Below, piece by piece: positions 52,255 to 64,000 of a stretch of DNA of 64,000 bases. Location: NCBI RefSeq assembly GCF_001194135.2, contig NC_068983.1, forward strand, positions 29,407,220 through 29,471,219, given 5' to 3'. The position numbers were made by a program, and so were the translations under genes. Origin of the DNA: Octopus bimaculoides. Taxonomy: Eukaryota. The first letter of the stretch is position 1. Each line of letters starts with the position of its first letter. The notes below the pieces were generated by a model. The model saw only the letters and a program-made list of their open reading frames with translations. It had not been told where the DNA came from and ran no database searches.

Positions 52255-53297
52255 GTATATATATATATATATATAGTGTGTGTGTGTGTGTGTATGTCTG
52301 AATGGCGGGAATAATGCACATAAGTTTGCTCTACAAATGTGTAATCTAATAGTAAATAAATAAATAAATAAAAACAGTCACTTTAGCAGTGAAGGTTGTA
52401 AGAAAATAGGCATGACATTAAGATGTGTATGGAAATTAAACATCAATAATACATGGCAAAAGTCAAACAAGATACGAAATAGTCTCCGAGAAGGCGACCG
52501 ACTTTCTTAGCCTATTTTCATCTAAATAAATAAGATTATAACAACACTGAAGTCAAATGAGCTAACTACAAAACTGTGTCCAATAAACAAGATTAAAAAA
52601 AAAATGTTCGTAATTTTTTTTTTTTAATTATTAATTTGTATTTTAATAACGGTTCTGAAAAGTAACATTCATTTATCAATGTCTCTGAAAATATGTTCCC
52701 TAGTCGAGATGGGCACCTTCACATGTTTTTTATTTTAACAAACAAGAGGAAAAGGATTCAATACACGTAGTGCATATTTATTTATCTATTCGAAGCTCGG
52801 TGATTTGATTTACTTCGTCACTACTCACTTTCTCGCTAAATGCGACGACCTTTCAAACAACAACATTGTTAATTGTTTTCGTAGTGGACTTAAAGATCGC
52901 ATCAAGTCAAGAACTCTGAGTAACAACGGCATAAGTTATTAGAGGCTCGTCGCACATAAATATAGACATACATATATGTATATTATATATTAGTTTGACA
53001 TTTTAGCACAAAGACAGTAATTTGGTGGGATGGGGTAAGTCGATTTCATCGACCCCAGTGCTCAACTGGTACTTATTTTATCGACACCAAAAAAATGAAA
53101 GGCGAAGTCGACGGAATTTGATCTCAGAACCTAAAGACAGACGAAATGCTGCTAAATATTTTGCCTGGCGTGCTAACGATTCTGCCAGCTCGCCTTATAT
53201 CATAATTACACACGCACACACACACACATATACATATAGCAAATAACTATTTACAGGCAGTGAAAGGCAAAAATAAAAAAATGTGAAGAACCACATT

Positions 53298-53653
53298 AAA
53301 CATGTGCACTCAGCACAAACCTCTGCCAAGGCAACGCCAACATCCTCTCAACGATTAGCCAAAGATGATTTTTTAAATGAGAATATCTGAAATAAACTCA
53401 ACTGCTCTCACAAACGAGAATACTAAAAATGACCCAAACCGCTCTCAAAAATTAAGTGAAAAAACAGGAAAACCTTTGTCCGGAACTGGATCAATCCAAA
53501 ATCTAATCAGTTTGTGCCAGTCACGAGGCCAAAGATCTCTGAAAGTTTCATCTGAATCCATCCAGCGGTTCTTGAGACATCTTGTCCACAGACAGACAAA
53601 CAAACAAACACGACTGAAAACAATACCTCCGCATTCGCTAAGGCAGAGGTAAT
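53298..53653 (+). mobile_element. Helentron-associated non-autonomous element (HINE/DINE-1-like)
   Basis: 5' subterminal ACCTCTGCC (53319) is inverted to GGCAGAGGT (53642). There is a 3' hairpin ACCTCCGC-n10-GCAGAGGT, preceded by an (ACAG)(ACAA) microsatellite. Confidence 0.7.
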
Positions 53654-54016
53654 AATTTAACTACGTATTCTTGAAGCCTCTCTTGTTGTCTCGCACCATA
53701 TCCAAAGATTTCCTTATATCAATAATCAAAAACACAATTCGATATACACTCGAAACTTCCATGGGAGAGATAGATGATGGTGATGAAGCAACAATCAAGA
53801 TATATATACATACACACACACACATATTTATATAAAGCGATTACCTTAGGTTTCCCATCCATAAAGTGTTTAGCCTTATGGCATATCGTCAGATCCCAAA
53901 ATCTCTTTATGGACGAAAAGCCTAAGGTAACCCCATAAATCGGTCTTCCCCATTTTTAATATATACTGCTCTACATCTTAGAGTGGGCTTCTTCTTTTGG
54001 ATTTATGTTTTTTACA

Positions 54017-54080
<64 letters not shown>

Positions 54081-55108
54081 AGATAGATAGATAGATAGAT
54101 AACAAAAGAACAACGGAAAAGAAGACGGAATAAGTTCCCAGTAAGAATTATCAGTTTGGCACTAAAGAGAAATGGAAAGAGTTAATTATGGTTCTTCAGA
54201 TTGGAACAGAGGGAGAAAATAGAAGAAATAAAAAAAGAACGAATACATATTGGTTCAGGAAAAGAGATCGATAGAAAAAGGTACCAGACTTTAAAAAATA
54301 TTGTTCTGGGATTGATTTGTTCGACTAAAACCCCTCAAGTTGGTGTCCCAGCATAACCACAGTCCAACGACTGTAAGAGTAAAAGAAAAAAGATAAACAG
54401 CAGCAACCTAAGCGAAAATGGCCACGTGAAACTTGTCGATATGATGGCTGTTGACACAGACACTCTCATAGAATGTACAAGAGCTTAGAGAAAAACAAAA
54501 TTTCAAAATAAACACCTTGACTAAAACAAAATTTTAAAAAAGAGAAACAATTTTGCTTTGGTCATAAATGGTCAGAAGGAATAAATATAGTAAGTAAAAA
54601 ATAAAGTAAATTAGAAAAAATACCCAGAAAAGTTGGAAGAAAGGAAAAAGAGTGTTTTGAAGTTTGTTATTAGAAAAGGAGGAAGTAATGATAAAAAAAA
54701 GTGTGCTAGGCAGTTAAGGGTTGGCTTTTATTCAAGTAGAAACAATAAACCATCTTAATATCACCAGTGACCTTGTGACACCAACAATTAATAACAGCAC
54801 ACAAATCCATGTACAGAGATATAAACATGAATTTACACATATATGTACTAACAGTTGCTCAAATACATATGTACATACTTTTTCCACATAGAAACACACA
54901 TACAGATATATATATCTCATCAGTAGTTCATATATCCCCAAAAGTACAGTCTAAAACATGAAAAACATTAGCTTAGAGTAGTAATATAATTTTTAGGATG
55001 TTTATTGTTATGAACAGTTAGAAAGTGATCATTGGTTTTGCACCTATAAAGCACTTAGGCATATAGGTGACCCATCAGACTTAAATGGCTGAAAGGACAT
55101 AACCCCAC

Positions 55109-55160
<52 letters not shown>

Positions 55161-57022
55161 CTGGCTCTTGTGCGGGTGACACATGAGGCTTTTTTTTTTT
55201 TTNNNNNNNNNNNNNNNNNNNNNNNNNNNNNNNNNNNNNNNNNNNNNNNNNNNNNNNNNNNNNNNNNNNNNNNNNNNNNNNNNNNNNNNNNNNNNNNNNN
55301 NNNNNNNNNNNNNNNNNNNNNNNNNNNNNNNNNNNNNNNNNNNNNNNNNNNNNNNNNNNNNNNNNNNNNNNNNNNNNNNNNNNNNNNNNNNNNNNNNNNN
55401 NNNNNNNNNNNNNNNNNNNNNNNNNNNNNNNNNNNNNNNNNNNNNNNNNNNNNNNNNNNNNNNNNNNNNNNNNNNNNNNNNNNNNNNNNNNNNNNNNNNN
55501 NNNNNNNNNNNNNNNNNNNNNNNNNNNNNNNNNNNNNNNNNNNNNNNNNNNNNNNNNNNNNNNNNNNNNNNNNNNNNNNNNNNNNNNNNNNNNNNNNNNN
55601 NNNNNNNNNNNNNNNNNNNNNNNNNNNNNNNNNNNNNNNNNNNNNNNNNNNNNNNNNNNNNNNNNNNNNNNNNNNNNNNNNNNNNNNNNNNNNNNNNNNN
55701 NNNNNNNNNNNNNNNNNNNNNNNNNNNNNNNNNNNNNNNNNNNNNNNNNNNNNNNNNNNNNNNNNNNNNNNNNNNNNNNNNNNNNNNNNNNNNNNNNNNN
55801 NNNNNNNNNNNNNNNNNNNNNNNNNNNNNNNNNNNNNNNNNNNNNNNNNNTATATATATGTATATATATATATGGCATTAGGAAGGGCATCCAGTGATAG
55901 CAAGAATGACAAAGCATAATGCAATCCTTGGACATATCAAATCTTCAGCTAATGCCAACAAATACATATTTTGTATTTTATACCCAAAATATTACATGTA
56001 ATATATTTAATGTGTCTAATTTGTTTATCCAGATAATTGCCTCCACACAAACTCAACTTGATCCTTCTTATAGCTTTTCTTACCTTGTGGAGTCGATCCC
56101 CTGTAAACACATCGGAGTCCCAAGTTTGAATCTTTTTGAGCACTACTAAGTGTCATTTATATGGAGAATTTCTGGATCTCATCTGTGGACTATATGTACA
56201 TGCATATTGGGGCCTCAGTTTGCAAGTTGTTGATATTAGTATTAAAAACTTACAGCATGCAAATTAGTTCTTTAAAGTTACTGGATCTGTTGTGTGTGTG
56301 TAAACAGATTGCCTACTTATTTCTTTGGGTTAAGCCTCACCTCTGATGAGAACTAAATAAGGATCGAAAATCGATTATGGCTGTTCTATACTATGTAGGG
56401 CAGTTGCGCTGATGTGACAACTTTTGAAGCAAAAACAAATGTCCATATCTGTCCTTTTGTCTTTAAAACAACCAAACTATCATTTCCCAAATTGCAAGTA
56501 GACTTTGGAGTACTTGCTATACTTGAGATTATCTCCCCTTCTGGTTTCAAACTGGTACCGATTGGTACTACTGGTACTAAACGTTACTTTACAAAAAAAA
56601 AAAAATTTAGATTGATCTGGCACAATTACACCCCTCCCCGCCATACACACATAATAAACCTATCACTTTATAATAACTAATATCAGTGGTCAGTTGATTG
56701 ATTTTTCCAGTCACAATTTATATTTATAATAGAGAGAATATGAGTTGCAGGGGGAATGCACATAATAGGCTTGGTGGCAGGCAATGAGTAGAGGAACGCT
56801 ATATGCGCGCGCGAATACACACACACACACACAAAGAACCAGAGAGAAGTAAATGTCAGAGAAGTTATGGAAGGAGTTTGTTTTATTAATAAGTAACTTT
56901 ATTTTAAAGTAATAACATAGTACATAGCATAGAACAGCCTTAATTGATTTTCGAGCCATATTTGGTTCTCATTAGAAGTGAGACTTAACTCAAAGAAATA
57001 AGTAGACAATCTGTTTACACAC

Positions 57023-57092
<70 letters not shown>

Positions 57093-57785
57093 CAGATAAA
57101 GTAACTTCAAAGAAATAATTTGCATATTGTAAGTTTTTAATACTAATATCAACAACTTGCAAACTGAGGCCCCAATATGCATTTCAAAGTAATTTTTTTT
57201 TTCCTTTTTGAAAATTAGTATTCATTTCCTTAATTTGTATAAAATCCCAATGAATTTGATAAAAGTCGCCATATTTCCTGATATTACCCATGGTGACAAA
57301 AATATACTTCCAAAGTTATTCGTCATATATGATGAGTTGCACACTCTAGTTATAAAGTATAAACCATGATATCCAATTCTCAATGCAGGCGTGAAATGCT
57401 GAATATAAATGTTCGTCGGCTGAAGCAGACTAAAGTCATGTGACAACAAAGTTCCCTGTAGCTTACCTTAACACGAAGCTTAGAAGCAATGCTAAATAGA
57501 AAATATACATATATTTTTGAAAATCACTGTTTATTCATTAGAACACGTCCACATCATTCCTAGTCTACTCCTTATGCAAACACCATCTGGTGTCTCTGGT
57601 ACCCAACTCACATTCTTGCGTATATACATACATACATTGTATTTGTTGTATCCATCCCTGTTACTTGTTCACCTCATTCCTCTCCAACCTTGCCTTTTTT
57701 TTATTGCCTTTATTAACTCCCGTCTTCCACTGCCATATGCTATCACACTATTTACAACACATACGAATCACAGCCATCTTTCACG

Positions 57786-57786
<1 letters not shown>

Positions 57787-57861
<75 letters not shown>
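57787..57861. repeat. (AAT)n microsatellite
   Basis: Direct inspection. It is the source of the poly-I and poly-L ORFs. Confidence 0.95.
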
Positions 57862-57865
<4 letters not shown>

Positions 57866-59405
57866 TACACACACACAAAGATTTATTCTGTCTAGATTAA
57901 GCCAACATCGAGGCATATTCACCTCAATGGCCAGAATAATGTTATACATTTAACCTGCCTAATCATATTTCCGTTCATTGGGCACTTTTCCTGTGTTTGC
58001 GTAACATAATTACATTTATACACACATACACACACATATATATATATATATATATATGCATGTATATATACATACACACACTATGCAGTTTATATTATTA
58101 TATATGGTTAAAATTAACGTAATTATTTTAGAGCTAATTATGGAACATTTTACCGTTGAGGTGATTCAATACGGAGAATAGTTAAATTTATCATAAAGTT
58201 CAAGTTGACCAGGACTTAATAAATATCTCTTGACCTGCCTTTACAATTATTACATTTTAGTTTCTACCACAATTATAGAATCAACCAGTCTCTGATATAT
58301 ATTAGTGATTCTAGCATTACATAAGTTTTTGAAACTAAAGCTTGAATTGCAATCAATACACGCACACTAATTAAGCGTGTCTATTCGTCGTGTGGTACTA
58401 GCTGATGTCTGAGATTTCATTTTTGTCATCACACACATACCTCTGCCTGTCTGTGTTACTCGGTTGTGTATTTAAATAAAAACACCAAAAGTACTTTTAA
58501 TAGCAGCCAACTTGTTTACTCTCACGTCAGCTATGATTGAACAAACATGGTCAGAGGAGTAACGACCGTTAGCACAGTCCGTTCTACAGACACATACACA
58601 CATCCATATATATTTACACACACATGCACATATATATATATATACTCAGACACAGTATCGAGTACTATTTAATCCAGTGTTTCCTTCACCAGACCCTTTT
58701 CAAGACTGGGGTGAGCCTGGGAGATAGATTCGGCTGCTATTTCTAGCAGGCTGTCCTGGTTCGAAAGCTAACCAAGTAGTAATCTTCTTATGGCTGATAA
58801 TAGCGTCTGTGCGTGCGTGCGAGAGAGAGAGAGAAAGAAAAGGAGAGAGATTAGCAATAAGAACAAGACATAAGTAAATATATGAGAAACAGGGCACCTG
58901 TGTCAGACAGAACTGTCCGTCACACTGGTGCTATTATAGTTGCTAACAAACACGTATCTCTTCCTTCAGCTACTAAGTTCTTTTAGTTGTCAGTTGTAGG
59001 ACAAGAAAAATTAAGTTCGTATGTAAAACAGCCAGCCCACCCACAACCACCACCACCTTCCTCTTGGACTAGCTGGAATCTATTTACGTGTCCGACAGAT
59101 GTGTCTTGATGCATCTATGTACTTGGAGTTGTTTGTTTAACAAGCCATATGGACGGATACATACATATGGCATTCCAAATCCTTTTCTTGGTGGGGCGAC
59201 TATTAATATTTTTTTAGGCCATCTTGTAAACAACGTACAAACCTCTCTTCCTTTCTTTCTCTCTTCCTTTCTTTCTCTCGTTCATATTTTCACGGTTAAA
59301 ATGGAAGTAAAATCGATAAGAATTAAAAGTTAAACATATTACAGAATAAAACAATTTTTTTTAAATATAGTATGGTACGCTTTTGAGATTATATATATAT
59401 ATATC

Positions 59406-59443
<38 letters not shown>

Positions 59444-62400
59444 TCCACACATAGATAGATAGATAGAGTCACAAAATATAAAAAAAGCATTAGAAGTACT
59501 ATTATCAGCTTTATAAAAGTCCACATACAGAAAGCAGACAAATAGCGGTAGCAGTGAGTATGTCGAATAGTATTTAAAATAAGCATATCTAAACACGAAG
59601 GCACTTTCTCTCTTTCTCTCTCTCTGGTTGGATGTGGGAGTGTGTTGTTTTTATTCTTTTTTCGAAGGTTACAGACAAGCTCGCTCACATTAGGCAAAAC
59701 CATCCACTATTCCGAGGCGATGGCTTGAAGTAGGTGAGAAGGAGGGCAAAGCAAAAAACGACAGTTTCGATCAGAAAGAGCTTGAAGATCATTCAGGAAA
59801 AAAAAAATTTCCTGTTTATACAGCGCTGACAAATACAAACTACGATGAAGAACATATATACTACACAAACACAAACACACACACACATACGTACACATAT
59901 ATATATACACGCACAAAAACAATCTGTAATAAACAAAATATAGTAGTGCGAAATAATTATCGCGCTCAGAAATCGTTTCCTGACGGCCTTAATCAAAATA
60001 ACAAGAATAATCAGCTTCTTACAAAATCAATATTGTACAATATTCCAGCAGAGTACAACATTATTATTATTGTTATTATTATTATTATTATTATAAATCT
60101 ATATTCCATATATGGTCATGTAAATGAAAAACATGAAAATGAAAGGCGAGGGAGGTACACAGGTTATTAAATAGTGCGTATTTCTCGTAGAGACTTAAGG
60201 TCAATATTGCTATTGTGTACAATAGTTAACAATGTCTAGTTATATATATATATATATACACACATACACGTATAATGTTTGTGTGCATACATACATGTGT
60301 GCGAAATATAGAGAGAAACTAGACTACTAGTCATTCAATGTACACGTATATTGCTGGCAGACAAAATCTTTTTTTTTTTACACGAAAACACACACACACA
60401 TATATACACAAACACCGTACTATCCAACCAAGAAGCAAAATTGACAATCTAATAAAATAGTATTAAGACATTGAAGAGATATACACACACATATACATGT
60501 ACGTATTAAAAACAAGCTACAAAGTATAAACATTTGATCTGAGTTGAGGACATTGATCAGATTTCGTATACTGATGAATAATGTTAAAATGATAACAATG
60601 TTCACTGCCAACTTTGTTTATCTTCTAGATATATTTTAATGTCTTCAATACACACTATATACATACATATTTATACTGGTATATAAAATGTATGTATACA
60701 TAGAGATTGTATGGTAACTGGACTCGCTAGACATAGCAGCCAAATTTTCATTTCACTTTACTGTGACAGAAGAGGACATATCACACTAGACATTATTGTA
60801 CTAGATCCCCTCCTACCCCCACCAACATCCACCCCAAAACAACGTTATAGTCACAGCCTGAATGGATATTGATGACAGGTCTGCTCGACCAGGGCTGGCT
60901 ATTTGACAAGACGAGCCTAACCTGGTAGAAAAGGGAGTCAAACTGCCCTCAATTCACACCCGATCATATCCGTTTTTGTGTGTGATTTTCTTTGTGAAAG
61001 GATGTATCAGATTATGAAGACCCACATATGAAAATAAGATAGGATTGTCACGTTTACAACGCATTAGATCGTATAATATAGGTTCACTCGATCATGGATA
61101 GCCTGAAGCTAAACAGCATAAACTTTATATATTACATGGAAAAATGCGGGCATGAAAAGTCATATTAAGATTATAAACCTGTAAAAGTACAAGACAAGTT
61201 ATTACACCTGTAAAAGTATAGGACAAGCTATTACTTCTTGTAAAGTAAAGAATAAGAAACTTTTTACTTAAAATATTGCAGCAGAGAATGCCAGTTCTTC
61301 TAATTAATCACTCTTTACAGTTCTCATCTTTTAAATCTATTGTACAAAACTGTTCAGCTAATTTGTAAGTTTGTTTAATTAGTCACTTTTTTCTGTATTT
61401 AAGGTAGTAAATTAGTTAAATTCTACTTAAATAAGTATAATGAAGTTTGAAAGTGTTTAGTAAAAAAAAAAAATAATAATAATCTGTACGTCAAGTCGAC
61501 CTGGGCGAAATTTGAACTCAAAACATAGAGACACGAAATGCTGCCAAGCACGGTGCGCCTCAAAATATANNNNNNNNNNNNNNNNNNNNNNNNNNNNNNN
61601 NNNNNNNNNNNNNNNNNNNTCTGACATAAAATTTCGTAATATTTTACTTCATAACTGTTTTTTTTACTAACTTTTGTTCAATACAACTAACGGTTCTGAA
61701 TTCCTCATGCGTTTTCCTATCATTTAAGCCTAAGAAAAGTATACTTATAATATTTTTTTTTTTTTTTTAATGTTAATTGAAGATGAATATCTGCCTTACT
61801 TGCTCCCCATTGAGATCGCAGATATTTTGATATAACTTTTTTTCCTACAGAACCAGATCTCAAACTATTTATGCCAAAGTGGAGCTGAGGAGGTGTGCTC
61901 TTTAAAACTATTAACAGTTTGCAGTTTAGTTGAGAACTGAATTAGTGGTGAAGCTTGGCAGCTGCAGCGATTGACGAAATGGTGGCCTTAAGAATATATT
62001 CAACCACTACCGTGGTTGAACGATACATACACGTAAATGCTAAGGAGTATTTCGACTTACTAAAAATAGCAGCTACATACCCTTCAAATAACACACCACT
62101 GTTAAAAAAAATAGGTAATGCGTGAAAAAATATGGGATGGTCTTTGTTTAAATTGGTTGAAACAACAAACACACGAACGTAGACACTTGTGTACGTATAT
62201 GTGAGTGTACATCTATTTGCTTGTTATTACGTTGTACTTTACTGCTAGTTGTCTGGCCCCAGGTCAAACCCAATCGAGCAGACCTATAACCAAATTCGTT
62301 CCAGTCGTGATCAACCGGTCTTATATTCTAATGTATATCAGAGACTCCATTGACCTATGTATCCCATTTTGTTTTCTAGTTAAGATGGAAGGATGTCACT

Positions 62401-62692
62401 TGACCAAGATTTGGTTGTAGTTTCTAAGATTATTATTATTTTTATGGTGCTGTATCAGGCGGACTGCATCATTCATGTATTCACATACGTTGTGTGTACT
62501 ATGTATACTTTTATCTCACAATTCCCTTTCCCCTCATCTTCCCCACACATACATATTGTAGACTTCCCTGGTAATGTCCCCCTCATCCTATGCCCCTATT
62601 ATTAAAAGAAATCGTTATTAGAATTAAGACACTGCTTTTATTAACAATATATAATAAAAGGAAATGAAAATAGACTGAAAAAATACAAAAAT

Positions 62693-62726
<34 letters not shown>

Positions 62727-62830
62727 CGGGAAAGAAAATTATTTTGAGTCAGTGAAGAGTTGTAATCGTAGTCGTAGTAGCAGCAGCAGTAGTAATGTCC
62801 ATTGACGAGACAGTCAGCCACCCGTAAGAA

Positions 62831-62867
<37 letters not shown>

Positions 62868-64000
62868 CAGTAGTGATGTGGAATATATTAGAAGTATAGA
62901 GTAGAGAAGTGGAAATATACTAGAATCGTAAACACAACACGAGCTTTTCGACAACGAGGTCTAACCTCATACGTGGTCGCTTGTCCTGCTAAAAACACCA
63001 GTCTTATTAAAGAAAAAAAAAAAAGAAAGACAGACGGGATAATGTAGACCTAAACGTAGCATGTCTGACAAGAAAGAGCATAGAAAAAAAAGGGAATGGT
63101 CACCTTGGAATGGCTTTGATAATAGATCTGCTCGCTTTTGGGGTTGAGTTGGGACCAAAAAAACAACGTATCCCTTTTAAACACTCACCAGGGATAAACA
63201 CCCCAGCCTTCCTCCACCCACAAAAAGAAAAAAGAGGAAGGGCACATTTGCAATCCTAGTCACTATGAGTGTATGCATGTATACACGTTTTTGAAAATAC
63301 GCTTGAATAAATATAGCACGGAAGAAGTACGACTAGAACGCCTTTCATTACAGGGTCGATCTGGATTTGAAGAACAACACTAGGTTTGAATATTGGCTCC
63401 GTGCTGGTGGTGGTGGGGTAAGAGACATTGTAGTTGATGGGTACTGGGTTCAAACGAGTTGTGCAGAAGACAAAAGACATTCTAGCTGCGATCTTCTTCC
63501 CGTCTTTTGCACGTCCAATGTATCCAGGATTGCATTGTCTAATGTAGTTCTTCCATTTTCTCTTTTTTTAAATGTTAGGAATGCAATATAGAATATAAGA
63601 TAAATTTAGTTCTTATTTAGTTTCTTATTTCTAGCAGATCGAGAAACCTCAGCAGAGGTTTCCTCGTCTAACGTGTTGTAGGTCACGTAAAGAAGTTTAG
63701 TCTCCGGATTATCAAGTATTGAGGGAGGGGGGATGTCACAAAAGTTTAAGGAACAGGCGGAGTAAACAACATCGAAGCTCACTCTAAAAGAGACACACAC
63801 ACAAAGTTGCTTGCTTGTTCTGTTTCTCTCACCTCCACTCTGTCAGTCGCACCCCCCCTCTCTCTTTCTCACACAGACAACAGTTTTAAAGCAGGTTATT
63901 TATATGGCTTTAAGAAAACAAATAATTTCTCAAGTAATGAGTCTGTATTATGTGTGTTTATGCATACGCACACATATATACAAGCATAGCATACTATATA

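Noticed and set aside
7897-55935. Long ORFs made of X runs (7.9, 10.4, 13.7, 19.7, 31.9, 33.2 and 55.2 kb)
   Set aside because: They are read-through of assembly N-gaps.
59690-59870. Plus frame AKPSTIPRRWLEVGEKEGKAKNDSFDQKELEDHSGKKKFPVY
   Set aside because: The acceptor is weak, there is no donor, it ends in a microsatellite, and I recognise no homology.
1-64000. CRISPR arrays, rRNA genes, or prokaryotic operons and defence systems
   Set aside because: The sequence is eukaryotic and intron-like. I saw no repeat-spacer arrays, rRNA similarity or dense ORFs.

Overview
AT-rich eukaryotic genomic DNA, dense in microsatellites and with nine N-gaps. The SINE families look like those of a coleoid cephalopod, most likely Octopus (inferred from recall, not from a database search). 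Nearly all ORFs in the supplied track are artefacts of N-runs, microsatellites or antisense repeats. The only confident host-gene exon is missing from the track: a symmetric phase-1 follistatin/Kazal (FS) module exon on the minus strand at 11353-11568 (agrin/TMEFF-like). Weaker minus-strand candidates are an internal exon at 25516-25650 and a first exon with CCAAT promoter near 50.2-50.75 kb. By eye, positions 1 to about 44.3 kb are strongly CpG-depleted and the rest is not, which fits gene-body methylation. The remainder is transposon-derived: several tRNA-SINE families, a disrupted DD34D mariner, a decayed SPIN/Buster hAT transposase with two Buster-type MITEs, piggyBac MITEs, a Tigger end, a Helentron-type element, and RTE, CR1/Jockey and CRE LINE fragments. 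There is also a young 650-bp foldback element with an 8-bp TSD. The most unusual signal is a repeat at 15.5 kb and 51.8 kb whose minus strand carries all hammerhead ribozyme core nucleotides and pairable stems I-III, but in a non-canonical strand order. It is an untested candidate.
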